Shown: one piece after another, positions 31,836 through 43,018 of the stretch
Position numbering within the stretch: position 1 is the first letter of the stretch
Layout: each line of letters opens with the position of its first letter
Assembly: GCA_963823655.1 (NCBI GenBank)
Contig: CAWGMK010000010.1
Span: 160,001 to 224,000, forward strand
Source of the DNA: an uncultured Bacillota bacterium
GTDB lineage: Bacteria; Bacillota; DTU025; MWDF01
DNA length: 64,000 nt
Direction of reading: 5' to 3'
Made by a program: the position numbers and the translations under genes
Notes under the pieces: generated by a model
Database searches by the model: none
Told to the model about the DNA's origin: nothing
Seen by the model: only the letters and a program-made list of their open reading frames with translations

Positions 31836-33184
31836 TGTGCGTTCACCTCCAGCAAGGATACGAGCCTGTCCATCTGCTCTTTCGTGCGCAGTTCGGTTAC
31901 TGCCCACAAGGAGTTGTGCTTAAGCTCGGGGTACGCCGTGGAGAGCGGGATGCCGCCCAGGACCCCATCGTCCAGAAGCTTGTCCCTCAGCTCTGCTGCG
32001 CAGCCCTTGCCCTCGATGGCGAACTCGTTGAAGAAGGGGCCTGAGAACTTGAGCTTGAAGCCCGTCTTCTCGGATATCGCCTTCGCGAGGTAATGGGCCT
32101 TCCACATCGAAAGCTGGGCTACGGTCTTGAACCCTTCGGGGCCCATCAGGCTTAGGTGAATAGTGGCTGCCAATGCGCAAAGCGCCTCGTTCGAGCATAT
32201 GTTGCTGGTCGCGTTCTCGCGCCTTATGTGCTGCTCCCTGGTCTGCAGGGTGAGCACGAATGCCCTCTGGCCGCGGTTGTCTAGCGTCTGCCCGACGAGC
32301 CTTCCCGGCATCCTTCTGACGAGCTGCGTTGTCGCCGCCATGAAGCCGAGCAGCGGGCCGCCGAAGTTCATCCCGTTTCCCATGGACTGCCCTTCGCCCA
32401 CAGCGATGTCCGCCCCGTAGTTTCTGGGCGCTTCAAGCACCGCAAGGGAGACGGGGTTTACTACTGCTACGAAGAAGCCGCCGTCAGAGTGGGCGGCATC
32501 GGCAAGCTCATGCATATCCTCTATGACGCCGAAGTAGTTCGGGTTCTGCGCTATTACGCATGCCGCGCCCTTCGCCGCCTCTTTGAGTGCTGCGGCGTCG
32601 GTCTGGCCGGTCTTCGCGTCGAACGGGACTTCTACGACTTCATATTCCCTGGGCTCTGCATATGTCTTCACTACATCGCGGTAGCGGGGGTTGGTCGCCC
32701 TGGTGACGACTATCCTCTTCCTGCCGGTCTGTGTGGCGCACATAATCGAAGCTTCGGCGCTTGCGGTCCCTGCGTCGTACATGGACGCGTTGGCCTGGTC
32801 CATGCCGGTAAGCTCGCATATCATCGACTGGTATTGGAATATGGCGGTGAGGGTGCCCTGGCTTACCTCCGGCTGGTAGGGGGTGTAAGCTGTGTAGAAC
32901 TCTCCGCGGGTCAGCATGTGGTCAACGGCTGCGGGCACGAAATGGTCATATATGCCCCCTCCGGCGAAGCAGACGGTATCGGCCTTGTTCGATGACGACA
33001 TCCTCTCAAGCTCCGAAGCAAGTTCGGGCTCGGAGAGCGCTTCAGGCAGGTCCAGCCTCTTTTTCATTAACAAGTCTGCAGGAACGTCCGAGAACAGATC
33101 GTCCACGGATTTCGCCCCTATTGCATCCAACATCTCGCGGACCTCCCGGTCAGTGGCGGGGAGGTAATGGCGAGGAGCTCCCAT
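31832..33184 (-). CDS. gcvPA: Glycine dehydrogenase subunit 1
   Basis: [40 protein letters not shown]. Confidence 0.97.
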   Translation of the reverse strand: MGAPRHYLPATDREVREMLDAIGAKSVDDLFSDVPADLLMKKRLDLPEALSEPELASELERMSSSNKADTVCFAGGGIYDHFVPAAVDHMLTRGEFYTAYTPYQPEVSQGTLTAIFQYQSMICELTGMDQANASMYDAGTASAEASIMCATQTGRKRIVVTRATNPRYRDVVKTYAEPREYEVVEVPFDAKTGQTDAAALKEAAKGAACVIAQNPNYFGVIEDMHELADAAHSDGGFFVAVVNPVSLAVLEAPRNYGADIAVGEGQSMGNGMNFGGPLLGFMAATTQLVRRMPGRLVGQTLDNRGQRAFVLTLQTREQHIRRENATSNICSNEALCALAATIHLSLMGPEGFKTVAQLSMWKAHYLAKAISEKTGFKLKFSGPFFNEFAIEGKGCAAELRDKLLDDGVLGGIPLSTAYPELKHNSLWAVTELRTKEQMDRLVSLLEVNAQ

Positions 33185-33205
33185 ATCAGGCTACCTCCAA
33201 TCTGA

Positions 33206-33583
33206 TTAGTGCTGCGTTGCCAAAAACTTCTGATAGGCTGCCTCATCCATCAAAGAGGCCAGCTCCGATAGGTCGGAGGCTTCGATCTTCACTATCCATC
33301 CGCCCGCTTGCGGGCCCTCGTTGATGAGCCCTGCGTTCTCCTCTAGAGCCTTGTTAACCTCGACCACTTTGCCGCTAACAGGGGAGAATACCTCCGCAAC
33401 GGCCTTGACCGATTCCAGGTCGATCAGCTTGCTGCCCTTCTTAGCCGCGGTGCCAATCGCCGGAAGCTCTGCGAATATTACGTCGCCTAAGTGCTCCGCC
33501 GCGTATTCGCTAATGCCAACCGTTACGATCTTGCCATCGGCTTTGGCCCATTCATGGCTGTCTGCGTACTTGAACATCTGCAT
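33206..33583 (-). CDS. gcvH: Glycine cleavage H protein
   Basis: HEW, LGDV, ESVKA lipoyl-Lys, SPVSG. Confidence 0.96.
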   Translation of the reverse strand: MQMFKYADSHEWAKADGKIVTVGISEYAAEHLGDVIFAELPAIGTAAKKGSKLIDLESVKAVAEVFSPVSGKVVEVNKALEENAGLINEGPQAGGWIVKIEASDLSELASLMDEAAYQKFLATQH

Positions 33584-33630
33584 TACCTCCGTATGTTAAT
33601 CATGCTTATCGATTTTCACGCTTTATGAAA

Positions 33631-34749
33631 TCAGGGCTTCCTGTATGCCTTCTTGTAGAAGGGGGTCTTCACGACGACGGCCTTCATGGCCTTGTCCCTG
33701 ATGCTTACCGCAATCTCGGTGCCGACCTTGGAATAGGGCATCGCCACCTGCGCCATGGCCAGATTTTTGCCCAGCGTTGGGCTCGGAAGGCCGCTTGTCA
33801 CCCAGCCGATCTCTTCGCCTTCTGGTGAGAGCACCTTATAGCCGTTTCTGGGTATGCCGCGGTCGATGAGCTCTATGCCCACCTGCCTGCGCTTCAAGCC
33901 TGCCAGCTTCTGGGCAACAAGCGCGTCCTTGCCTATGAAGCCGGGCTTGTCGAGCTTCACGAAGAAGCCGAGGGATGCCTCCAGCGGGGTGATGTCCCTT
34001 GAAAGCTCATGGCCGTATAGCGGCAGGCACGCCTCGAACCTGAGCGAATCCCTCGAGCCCAGGCCGCAGGGGGATATGCCGAAGTCCTCGCCTGCTTTCA
34101 TGACGCTCTCCCAGACTGTTATCGCGTCCTGGGGCTTAATGTATATCTCGAAGCCGTCCTCACCGGTATATCCGGTCCTTGAAATTATGCACTCCGCGCC
34201 GGCCACTTTAATGCCGGTCATGCAGTAGAAGAACTTCAAATCGTCCAGGTTGTAATCCGTAAGCCTCTGTACTAGCTCGTGCGCCTTCGGGCCCTGCACC
34301 GCGACCTCGGCCCAGTCCTTGGACTCATTTACTACCGAGCAGTTATAGCCCTTGGCCTGCTCCTTCATCCACTCGAAGTCCTTGTCGGAGTTCGATGCGT
34401 TGACTACGATGAAGAACTCCACGTCGGAGAGCTTGTAGGCCAGAAGGTCGTCGACTACGCCGCCTTCCGGGTAGCACATCTGCGCGTAGGTAACCTGCAT
34501 CCTCTCGGCCCCTACTAGGTCGTTGGTTACGAGGTTATCCACGAACTTCAGCGTATCCGGGCCCTTGACCCTGATTTCGCCCATGTGGGAGACGTCGAAC
34601 ATGCCGACTCGCTCCCTTACGGCCTTGTGCTCTTCAAGGTCGCCCTTGCCCTTGTACCTTACGGGCAGCTCCCAGCCGCCGAAGTCTACCATCATTCCGC
34701 CGTATTTGATGTGCATCTCGTAAAGCGGGGTCCTCTTCAGTTCAGACAA
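33631..34749 (-). CDS. gcvT: Aminomethyltransferase
   Basis: RTPLY, FGGWELP, FDVSHMGE, SRTGYTGEDGFE, RDSLRFEA; GGAGGT RBS before TTG. Confidence 0.97.
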   Translation of the reverse strand: MSELKRTPLYEMHIKYGGMMVDFGGWELPVRYKGKGDLEEHKAVRERVGMFDVSHMGEIRVKGPDTLKFVDNLVTNDLVGAERMQVTYAQMCYPEGGVVDDLLAYKLSDVEFFIVVNASNSDKDFEWMKEQAKGYNCSVVNESKDWAEVAVQGPKAHELVQRLTDYNLDDLKFFYCMTGIKVAGAECIISRTGYTGEDGFEIYIKPQDAITVWESVMKAGEDFGISPCGLGSRDSLRFEACLPLYGHELSRDITPLEASLGFFVKLDKPGFIGKDALVAQKLAGLKRRQVGIELIDRGIPRNGYKVLSPEGEEIGWVTSGLPSPTLGKNLAMAQVAMPYSKVGTEIAVSIRDKAMKAVVVKTPFYKKAYRKP

Positions 34750-34923
34750 TCGGGACACCTCCGTCGATAAAGTTGTGCGCAGCCCGTGCATGCGAATAAA
34801 ATGCGGTTACTGTCGCCTTCTATTATATAATAATCTGTGTGTAATAGGACATCGGAGCGGTCGCGGCGAATAGGTTAACGATATGCCCCGGCCCCTCGTT
34901 ATTATCTGCATGGAGGTTCGGCA

Positions 34924-36297
34924 ATGTTCGACGTTCTGATCATCGGAGGAGGCCCCGGAGGCTATACTTGCGCTATAAGATCCGCCCAGCTAGGGCTCAA
35001 GGTGGCGCTTGCGGAGAGGAAGCATCTTGGCGGCATCTGCCTCAACTGGGGATGCATCCCCACAAAGGCGCTGTCGCATACGGCGGAGGCCCTTGCAATG
35101 GCCAGGAAAGGCGCCGAATACGGCATAAATGCTGAGGGTATAAGCTTCGACATCGTCAAGGCCATGTCCAGGAAGGACAGGGTAACCGCCAAGCTTAAGG
35201 CGGGCGTCGCCTTCCTTATGAAGAAAAACGGGATTACGGTGCTGAATGGCACTGCAAGGATACTCTCCCCCGGCAAGGTCGAGGTGACCGACGCCGAGGG
35301 CAAGGGCGAATTGTACGAAACAAAGAACATAGTGATAGCGACTGGATCGTCGCCGGTGACGCCCGCGATGTTCGGATATGACAAGACATTGGTGCTGACT
35401 TCGGACGAGATGCTCGCGCTCAAAGAAGTGCCGGGCGAGCTGCTTGTGGTGGGAGCCGGAGTCATAGGATGCGAGTTCGCAAGCATCTATTCCACATTCG
35501 GCAGCAAGGTGAGCCTCGTCGACGTGATGCCCAGGATCCTTCCCATGGTGGACGAGGAGGCATCAAGCCTGGTATCCGCCTCTTTCAAGAAGAGGGGCAT
35601 GGAAGTTATAACGGGCATCGGCGTAAAGTCGGTGGAGAAGCTCGGAAACAGGGTGGCCGCGGTTTTAGATGACGGGCGCCGTATTGAAGCCGACAGGATG
35701 CTGCTTTCGATAGGCAGGAGGCCGTCCGCGGGGAATATCGGGGCTGCTGAGGCCGGTGTGGAGATCGGAAAAGCCGGCGAGATCACGGTGGACAGCGGCA
35801 TGAGGACCAATGTGCCGGGCATATGGGCGGTGGGTGACGTCAACAACCGCATGCAGCTTGCCCACGTGGCCTCGACCCAGGGCATGGTTTGCGCGGCGAA
35901 CATGGCGGGGGGCAACAGGGCCATGGATTACTTCGCCGTCCCCAACTGCATATTCACCCATCCGGAGGTCTCCCAGGTCGGAGTCAGCGAGGAAGGCGCC
36001 AAGGCCTCGGGGATAGAGTACAGGGTGGGAAGGTTCCCGTTCTCGGCTTTGGGCAAGGCCGCCGCCATGGGGGAGACCGAGGGCTTCGCGAAGCTCATAG
36101 CGGACGCCGAGGGCAGGGTTATCGGCGGCACCGTGGTGGGTTCCCACGCATCGGATATAATCGCAGAGGTGGCGCTGGCGGTTACTAACCATCTCAGCTT
36201 GAAGGAAGTAGGGCATACGGTGCACGCGCACCCGACGCTTGCGGAATTGGTTCTGGAGGCGGCTGAGGCCGCCTATGGGATCGCCATAAACATATAG
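34924..36297 (+). CDS. lpdA: Dihydrolipoamide dehydrogenase
   Basis: GGGPGG, GGICLNWGCIPTK, HAHPTLAE. Confidence 0.96.
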   Translation: MFDVLIIGGGPGGYTCAIRSAQLGLKVALAERKHLGGICLNWGCIPTKALSHTAEALAMARKGAEYGINAEGISFDIVKAMSRKDRVTAKLKAGVAFLMKKNGITVLNGTARILSPGKVEVTDAEGKGELYETKNIVIATGSSPVTPAMFGYDKTLVLTSDEMLALKEVPGELLVVGAGVIGCEFASIYSTFGSKVSLVDVMPRILPMVDEEASSLVSASFKKRGMEVITGIGVKSVEKLGNRVAAVLDDGRRIEADRMLLSIGRRPSAGNIGAAEAGVEIGKAGEITVDSGMRTNVPGIWAVGDVNNRMQLAHVASTQGMVCAANMAGGNRAMDYFAVPNCIFTHPEVSQVGVSEEGAKASGIEYRVGRFPFSALGKAAAMGETEGFAKLIADAEGRVIGGTVVGSHASDIIAEVALAVTNHLSLKEVGHTVHAHPTLAELVLEAAEAAYGIAINI

Positions 36298-36337
36298 TCA
36301 AGACATGCGGCATAAAGCCGCTCTCGGAGGTGGGATT

Positions 36338-36630
36338 GTGAAAGGCAAGGATTGGTTCGCTCTAATATTGATACTTCTGGGCCTTGTTCTTCTAGGAGAC
36401 AACCTGGGCCTGTTCAGGCTCGGCAGCATCCTCAGGCTCTGGCCTGTTGTGCTGATAATCCTGGGGCTGTGGGTGTTCGTGAAGAAGGACGAGAACCGCA
36501 AGAAGACACAGTAGAGGTAAGCTTCTCCACAGGCAAGGCCGCGGAGCCTTCTTCCAAGGTGGAACCCGAGGCGGAAATCGCGGAAGTCAAAGCTGCGGAT
36601 GACGATGACGATGAAGAGGACGAAATCTGA
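36338..36630 (+). CDS. LiaI/LiaF-like (DUF5668) small membrane protein; acidic tail joined only via a frameshift
   Basis: LILILLGLVLL.DNLG...LWPVVLIILG; as read it stops at 36514. Confidence 0.7.
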
Positions 36631-36652
36631 TAAGCCCAATGGAGGTAGAGGT

Positions 36653-37135
36653 ATGAAAGGCAGGATATTCCTGGCACTTGCCCTGATAGCTATCGGTGTA
36701 GTGCTGCTTCTAAACAACCTTGGCATGGGGGTGCTCCCCAATAAGCTTGAGCTTTGGCCCGTAATCCTAATGGCTTTCGGTGCGGCTATAGGCGCAGATG
36801 CTGTCAGGAGGAATGAGAAGGACCCGCTATTCGGCGCGGTCATACTCTTCTTCGTAGGCCTGCTGTTCCTGCTAACCGAGAGCGGCTACCTGGCGGGCGG
36901 CATGACCAAGCTTTGGCCCGTAATAGTGATAATCGTGGGCCTTGCTTTCATGTCCAACTCCTTCATGTCGGGGACCGCAAGGGGGCTTCTGATCGGCCTC
37001 ATTTACGCTGCTGTGGGCTTCGTGCTGCTGGCAGACAAGTTCGGGCTGCTGGGCATAAGCTTTGACCTCGGGACATACTGGCCCGTCATACTTATCGTCC
37101 TCGGCCTCGCGACGTTCTTCCAGAAGGGGAGATAA
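36653..37135 (+). CDS. LiaF-like membrane protein with three WP repeats
   Basis: LWPVILM, LWPVIVI, YWPVILI repeats. Confidence 0.8.
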   Translation: MKGRIFLALALIAIGVVLLLNNLGMGVLPNKLELWPVILMAFGAAIGADAVRRNEKDPLFGAVILFFVGLLFLLTESGYLAGGMTKLWPVIVIIVGLAFMSNSFMSGTARGLLIGLIYAAVGFVLLADKFGLLGISFDLGTYWPVILIVLGLATFFQKGR

Positions 37136-37137
37136 AG

Positions 37138-38689
37138 TTGAGAAAAGGGCTTTCGTGCCAGGGCAAGCCCCAGAACGCCTCCGAATGCGTGATGAGGGCT
37201 GCCAGGGACTTCTTCTCCTCTCTTTTCAAGGACAGGGAGGAGGGGGCAGTGGAGCCTGTGGTGGTCGGCTTCTCCGGGGGAGTGGACTCCACCGTATTGC
37301 TTCATGTGCTTTACGAACTGGGCTCAGAGCTTGGCATTCAGCCTGTCGCGGCCCATCTCAACCACAGGTTAAGAGGAGAAGATTCCAATATAGATGAGGA
37401 GCACTGCCGCGCATTCTGCGAGAAGCGCGGCATTCCCTTCAGGTCGCGGTCCGTGGATGTGGCAGAGCTTGCATCAAGAAGCGGGCTCAACCTTGAGGAC
37501 GCGGGTCGAAGAGGAAGGTACTCCCTCTACCATGAAGTGGCGGAGGAGTTCGGCGCAAGGTATGCGGCGCTGGCCCATCATGCGGATGACCAGGCCGAGA
37601 CCGTGCTTATGAGGATAATCAGGGGTACGGGCACGAGGGGCATGGGTGCCATGCCGAAGATCAGGAAATCCGGCAACATCAGCATAGTCAGGCCTCTCAT
37701 ATCCGTAAGGAAGGCCGATGTGGCCGCCTTCGCCGCCGAACAACAGCTTGAGTACAGGGAGGATGCAAGCAACCTCGATACGGGCTATCTTCGCAACAAG
37801 GTGAGGCACGAGCTGCTCCCTCTTCTGGAAAAGGGCTATTCCCCGGGCATAGTAGATGTGCTTTGCAGGACGGCGGAGCTTGCAAGGGATGAATCCTCAG
37901 CCCTGGATGAGCTGGGGCTTGCGGCTTTCAAGGACGCCTTGAAGGCATCAAATGAAGGTCAAAGGGCCGTATTGGACCTCGACAAGCTCAGGGGCCTGGC
38001 CCCTGCCGTGATGGCCCGGGCGCTAAGGACGGCTTATGCATTCGTTAAGGGAAGCGCCTCGGACCTGTACGCATCGAACCAGTCAGACCTGCTGAGCCTT
38101 GCAACCTCATCCGGAAGGGCGAAGGAGCTGGACCTGCCCGGCAACGTCAAGGCGAAGAAGAGCGGCAGGGAGCTTACGATGCAGATGCCCTCGGCAATGG
38201 GTGATGCAGCGGTTTTGAATGGCATCGGCGGTTACGGTCCCGGGCGTAGTTGATACGCCTCTAATGAGGATCAGGGCCGCTTCGGCCGACTTACCGGCGG
38301 AGCTGTCCGGGAAAAGAAGGTTTACGCATAACGAGCTTGCGCTGATAGCATGCAGGGCGCTGGGGCCCGGATATGCCAACGAGTGCGGCGCCGGATCGAT
38401 CTGGGCCGTGTTCGATCTGGAGCAGGCAGGGGAGCTCTCCATCAGGGCATGGGAACCGGGGGACACCATTATTCCGTTCGGTATGAAGGGAAAGAGAAAA
38501 CTGCAGGATGTCTTCACGGACGAGAAGGTGCCCAAAGACAAGAGGGGGCTTTGGCCTGTGCTCACGATCGGCGACGGGAGCATCGCCTGGATTCCGGGCA
38601 TAAGGCAGGGCTCTGTTGCCAAGCTGGGGGCTTACACTAAAACGGCCTTGGTGCTGGCTTCAGAGCAAAGGGACGAGGATAGTCCCTGA
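37138..38689 (+). CDS. tilS: tRNA(Ile)-lysidine synthetase (frameshift ~38215)
   Basis: SGGVDS PP-loop, AHHADDQAET, RPL, DASN, RNKVR; TilS_C (R-x-x-x-PGD...KLQDVF.D.KVP) in ORF 38219-38689. Confidence 0.93.
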
Positions 38690-38754
38690 GGCTCTTGAAG
38701 TGATATAATATTCTTTGTTTCACCCCGCTTCTTCGCTATAAGGAGGATTGTGAT

Positions 38755-40682
38755 TTGAATCGAGGCTTTCAGAGGGCGGCATTGTGGATTCTAATATTCC
38801 TGATTGCCGTAACAATAGGGCAGAATTTCCTGGGCTCGCAGAACAAGGCCGAGGAGATGACCGCCGACGGATTCCTTGCCCAGTGGAACGCGGGCAATGT
38901 CAAAGTGCTTGAAATACTGCCGGAGGGGATCATCCAGGGCAAGCTCGCCGACGGCAAAGAATTCGAGCTGTACTATACGAACTCGGCAGGGCTGATGGAC
39001 GACGTCAAGAACAATCCCGACAAGTTCGCCGGCCTTACCATATCCGAGAAGCCCAAGACCAACGACTGGCTCATGGTGCTTCTTCCCAACCTGTTCTTCA
39101 TAGTCGCGCTCGGGCTGTTCTTCATGTTCATGCTCAACCAGATGCAAGGCTCCAATAACAGGGCCATGCAGTTTGGCAAGAGCGAGCCCGCCTTCAGACT
39201 GACGGCAGGGGTAAGATCACCTTCGCCGACGTTGCGGGCATAGACGAGGTAATGGAAGAGCTGGCGGAGATCGTAGACTATCTTAAGTTTCCCAGGCGCT
39301 TTACGGAGATGGGCGCAAGGGTACCCAAGGGCATACTGCTCATGGGACCTCCCGGCACAGGCAAAACGCACGTCACAAGGGCGCTTGCCGGTGAAGCCGG
39401 CGTACCCTTCTTCTTCATATCCGGCTCCGACTTCGTGGAGATGTTCGTGGGCGTTGGCGCAAGCCGCGTTCGCGACATGTTCACCCAGGCGAAGAAGGCG
39501 GCGCCTTGCATCATCTTCATAGACGAGATCGACGCGGTAGGACGCCAGAGAGGCGCAGGCCTTGGCGGAGGGCACGACGAGAGGGAACAGACATTAAACC
39601 AGCTCCTGGTGGAGATGGATGGCTTTGAGAACAACTCGGGCGTAATAGTCGTGGCGGCCACAAACAGGCCGGACGTACTTGACCCGGCGCTACTGAGGCC
39701 GGGCAGGTTCGACAGGCAGATTACGCTTGATGTGCCCGATGCCAAGGGGCGAGAGGGCATACTGAAGATATATGCGAAGAACAAGCAGCTGACTGACGTG
39801 GACCTTAAGGAGCTCGCCAGGCGCACGCCGGGCTTCACCGGCGCCGACCTTGAGAACCTTTTAAACGAGGCTGCGCTGCTTGCCGTAAGGTACAGGAAGA
39901 AGAAGATATCGATGGAGCTCGCCGACGAGGCCATCGAAAGGATAGTCATGGGCCCCGCCAAGAAGGGCCGCCTGCTCACCGACAAGGAGAAGGATCTCGT
40001 AGCTTACCATGAGAGCGGACACGCGCTACTGGCCAAGCTGCTTCCCGGATCCGACCCCGTGGTCAAGGTGTCCATCATCGGAAGAGGCAGTTCAGGCGGG
40101 TTCACGCTGGTAATTCCCGAGGATGAGCGCAAGTTCAGGTACTCGTCCAAGGTGGATATCATCAACAACATCACAATGTCGCTCGGAGGCCGCGTGGCCG
40201 AGGAGCTGTGCCTTGAAGATGTGTCGACAGGCGCATCGAAGGATCTGGAGCGCGCAACGGGGCTTGCAAGGAAGATGGTCGCAGAATACGGCATGAGCAG
40301 CCTCGGCCTTATAACTTACGGCAGGCCCGAGACCCAGAACGTATTCCTAGGCCGCGACATATCGCGCGAGCGCAACTACTCCGAGGAAGTCGCAGCCCAG
40401 ATCGACAAGGAAGTAAAATCCATAATCGACGAGTGCTACTCCAAGGCAAGGCAGCTTCTGTCCGAGAACATCGCCATGCTGAAGAAAGTGGCGGAGATAC
40501 TCAAGGAGCGCGAAAACCTTGAGGGCAGCGAGCTCGACATGATACTCGAAGGCAAGGAGCTGCTCCCCAAGGAGGAGCTCACCTCCCATCAGCCGGACGA
40601 GCCAGCGGAAAAGAAGGGCGCAGAGCAGCAAGCTGAAGAGCCAAAAGCGAGCTTGAACAGGCCGGCTACGGAACAGCAGTAG
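38755..40682 (+). CDS. ftsH: ATP-dependent zinc metalloprotease FtsH (frameshift ~39185)
   Basis: 2 [42 protein letters not shown]. Confidence 0.96.
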
Positions 40683-40701
40683 ATTTCAGGCCAACCTTAC
40701 A

Positions 40702-40733
40702 GGGGCCATGGAGGCGCAAGCTTCGATGGCCCC
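40702..40733 (+). terminator. Hairpin after ftsH
   Basis: GGGGCCATGGAGGC-gcaa-GCTTCGATGGCCCC. Confidence 0.6.
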
Positions 40734-40767
40734 GTTAAAAGACTCCTACCGATAAAGCAGACGCATC

Positions 40768-41130
40768 ATGCGGATAATCAGGAGGGATACCGTGGACCTG
40801 ATCGATTCACACCCTATTCTGGAATTCAAGCATGGAAGGAAAGTGGCATTCACCTTTGACGGGGCTCCGATGGAGGGCTTCGAGGGAGAGCCGATAGCGG
40901 TGGCATTGCACGCAAACGGCGTGAAAGTGTACAGGTACAGCCCCGTGGCCCACAGGCCCCGGGGATTTTTCTGCGCAATAGGCAAGTGCAGCTCCTGTTT
41001 CATGGTGGTAGACGGGCTGCCCAATGTCAGGACTTGCGTAACTCCCCTGAAAGAGGGCATGGCGGTTGAGACCCAGCACGGCAGGGGAAGCTTGCCTGCA
41101 GCCGGGACTGGAGGCCATGGGAATGCGTGA
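40768..41130 (+). CDS. [2Fe-2S] subunit of a sarcosine oxidase/proline dehydrogenase-like complex
   Basis: RPRGFFCAIGKCSSC...NVRTC. Confidence 0.9.
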   Translation: MRIIRRDTVDLIDSHPILEFKHGRKVAFTFDGAPMEGFEGEPIAVALHANGVKVYRYSPVAHRPRGFFCAIGKCSSCFMVVDGLPNVRTCVTPLKEGMAVETQHGRGSLPAAGTGGHGNA

Positions 41131-42214
41131 AGTGGAGCTTCTGGTAATCGGCGGCGGTCCTGCGGGCCTAACTGCCGCGGCTGAAGCAGCGGCCATGGGC
41201 GCTTCGGTGCTTTTAGTAGACAGCGCTCCGATGCTGGGCGGGCAGCTTATAAAGCAGACGCACAAGTTCTTCGGAAGCCGCGACGAGTACGCGGGCACGA
41301 GGGGCTTCAAAATAGCGGACATACTGCTTGACGAGATAAAAGGGCTTTCAGGCAGGATAGAGGCCATGACCGACACTACGGTAGTGGGCTATTACAGGGA
41401 GGACGGTACGGTCTCCCTTACCAGGGGCGAGGAGGAGTACTTCCTTGTCCGGCCCAAAAAGATCGTGCTTGCCGCAGGCGCCCAGGAGAGGCTCATACCA
41501 TTCCCGGGCAACGACCTTCCCGGCGTATACGGGGCCGGCGCTGTGCAGACGCTAATGAATGTCTATGGTGTGGTGCCGGGCAAGAGGGTGCTCATGGTGG
41601 GGGCGGGCAACATCGGCATAATCGTGGCCTACCAGCTCCTGCAGGCGGGCGTTGAGGTGGCAGGAGTGCTCGAGGCCATGCCCAAAGTGGGCGGATACTG
41701 GGTGCATGCCGCAAAGATCAGGCGCCTCGGAGTCCCGATCCATCTGATGCACAGCATAAAAAGGGCGATCGGCACCAGCGTGGTGGAGGCGGCCGTTGTG
41801 ATGGAACTTGACGAGCGCTTCAGGCCCACAGGCAGGGAGTGCACCGTCGAGTGCGATACCATCTGCCTTGCGGTAGGCCTAACACCTACTGTCGAGCTTC
41901 TGTGGCAGGCAGGCTGCCAGATGAAATACATTCCTCAGCTTTGCGGCTATGTGCCTGTCAGGGACTGCAACTTGAGGACTACCAACAGGGACATCTGGGT
42001 GGCGGGGGATTCCTCAGGCATAGAGGAGGCAAGCTCTGCCATGGTGGAAGGAAGGCTCGCCGGCTACGGCGCGGCCTCTTCTCTCGGCTACAAGCCGGCA
42101 GATGGCAGATACGAGAGCTTCATAGCCAGGCTCGAGCATCTGAGGGCCGGGGAAGTGTGCGAGAAGATCAGATCGGGCATAGCGTGCGCCCTTTGCGAAG
42201 GAGGCGAGGAGTAA
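41117..42214 (+). CDS. FAD/NAD(P)-dependent oxidoreductase (alpha-like subunit)
   Basis: GGGPAG, LGGQLIKQTHKFFG, FPGNDLPGV, AGDSSGIEEA. Confidence 0.9.
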   Translation: MGMREVELLVIGGGPAGLTAAAEAAAMGASVLLVDSAPMLGGQLIKQTHKFFGSRDEYAGTRGFKIADILLDEIKGLSGRIEAMTDTTVVGYYREDGTVSLTRGEEEYFLVRPKKIVLAAGAQERLIPFPGNDLPGVYGAGAVQTLMNVYGVVPGKRVLMVGAGNIGIIVAYQLLQAGVEVAGVLEAMPKVGGYWVHAAKIRRLGVPIHLMHSIKRAIGTSVVEAAVVMELDERFRPTGRECTVECDTICLAVGLTPTVELLWQAGCQMKYIPQLCGYVPVRDCNLRTTNRDIWVAGDSSGIEEASSAMVEGRLAGYGAASSLGYKPADGRYESFIARLEHLRAGEVCEKIRSGIACALCEGGEE

Positions 42215-42738
42215 TGCCGATTTCGAAAGAGGAGCTGCTGTTCGGCTCCGGCGTCCTCACCGGCGCAAGAGACGGCATCTGCGTCCCCGATGAGGCCGCA
42301 TGGCTTGGCAAGAGGGGCGGCTACGTCGTAATTGAGTGCCCGCAGAGGATACCGTGCAACCCATGCCATACCAGCTGCCCGACAGGCGCAGTCCTTCCCT
42401 TCGAGGACATTAACGATGTGCCCAAGGTGGACTATTCCAAGTGCACAGGATGCACAAGGTGCGTCGCCAGGTGCCCGGGGCTCGCCTGCTTCGTTGTGGA
42501 TCTAGCCTGGAAGCCGGGCTGGGCGCTGATGAAGCTGCCCTATGAGCTGCTTCCAAAGCCCGTCAAGGGCATGCAGGTCGACTGCCTGGACAGGGAGGGC
42601 AGGATTGTCTGCCAATCGGCTATCGAACAGGTGCTGGAGCCCTTCAAGGACAGCACATATGTGGTGGCGGTGGCGGTGCCTGCGGAATATAAGGATTGCG
42701 TGCGCGCTGTGAAGGTGGTGGGCCCCCATGGCAAATGA
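42214..42738 (+). CDS. 2x[4Fe-4S] ferredoxin-like subunit
   Basis: ECPQRIPCNPCHTSCP, CTGCTRCVARCP. Confidence 0.9.
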   Translation: MPISKEELLFGSGVLTGARDGICVPDEAAWLGKRGGYVVIECPQRIPCNPCHTSCPTGAVLPFEDINDVPKVDYSKCTGCTRCVARCPGLACFVVDLAWKPGWALMKLPYELLPKPVKGMQVDCLDREGRIVCQSAIEQVLEPFKDSTYVVAVAVPAEYKDCVRAVKVVGPHGK

Positions 42739-43018
42739 AGATATCGTGTACATCTGCAGATGCGAGGAGGTCAGCCTGGACGAGGTCAGGGAGTGGATCG
42801 CAAGAGGGTATGACACGCCCGAGGAGCTCAAGCGCGTAACAAGGATAGGAATGGGACCCTGCCAGGGCAGGGGATGCACCGACATGCTGGTGAGGGAAAT
42901 CGCCAGGATGAGGGGCATCGATGTGAACGAAGTGAAGGCTCCCAGCTTCAGGCCCCCGGCGAAGCCTGTGAAGCTAGGGCTTCTTGCCGACTCCAGGAAG
43001 GGGGGCGGCGGAAGATGA
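42728..43018 (+). CDS. BFD-like [2Fe-2S] subunit
   Basis: ICRCEEV, GMGPCQGRGC, RPP. Confidence 0.9.
   Translation: MANEDIVYICRCEEVSLDEVREWIARGYDTPEELKRVTRIGMGPCQGRGCTDMLVREIARMRGIDVNEVKAPSFRPPAKPVKLGLLADSRKGGGGR

Noticed and set aside
34760-34920. Glycine riboswitch expected upstream of gcvT
   Set aside because: No GGAGA/GAAG aptamer motifs seen; the short AT-rich region looks like divergent promoters.
37138-40682. Naturally split or programmed-frameshift tilS and ftsH
   Set aside because: No slippery-site pattern; matches the window-wide indel error signature.
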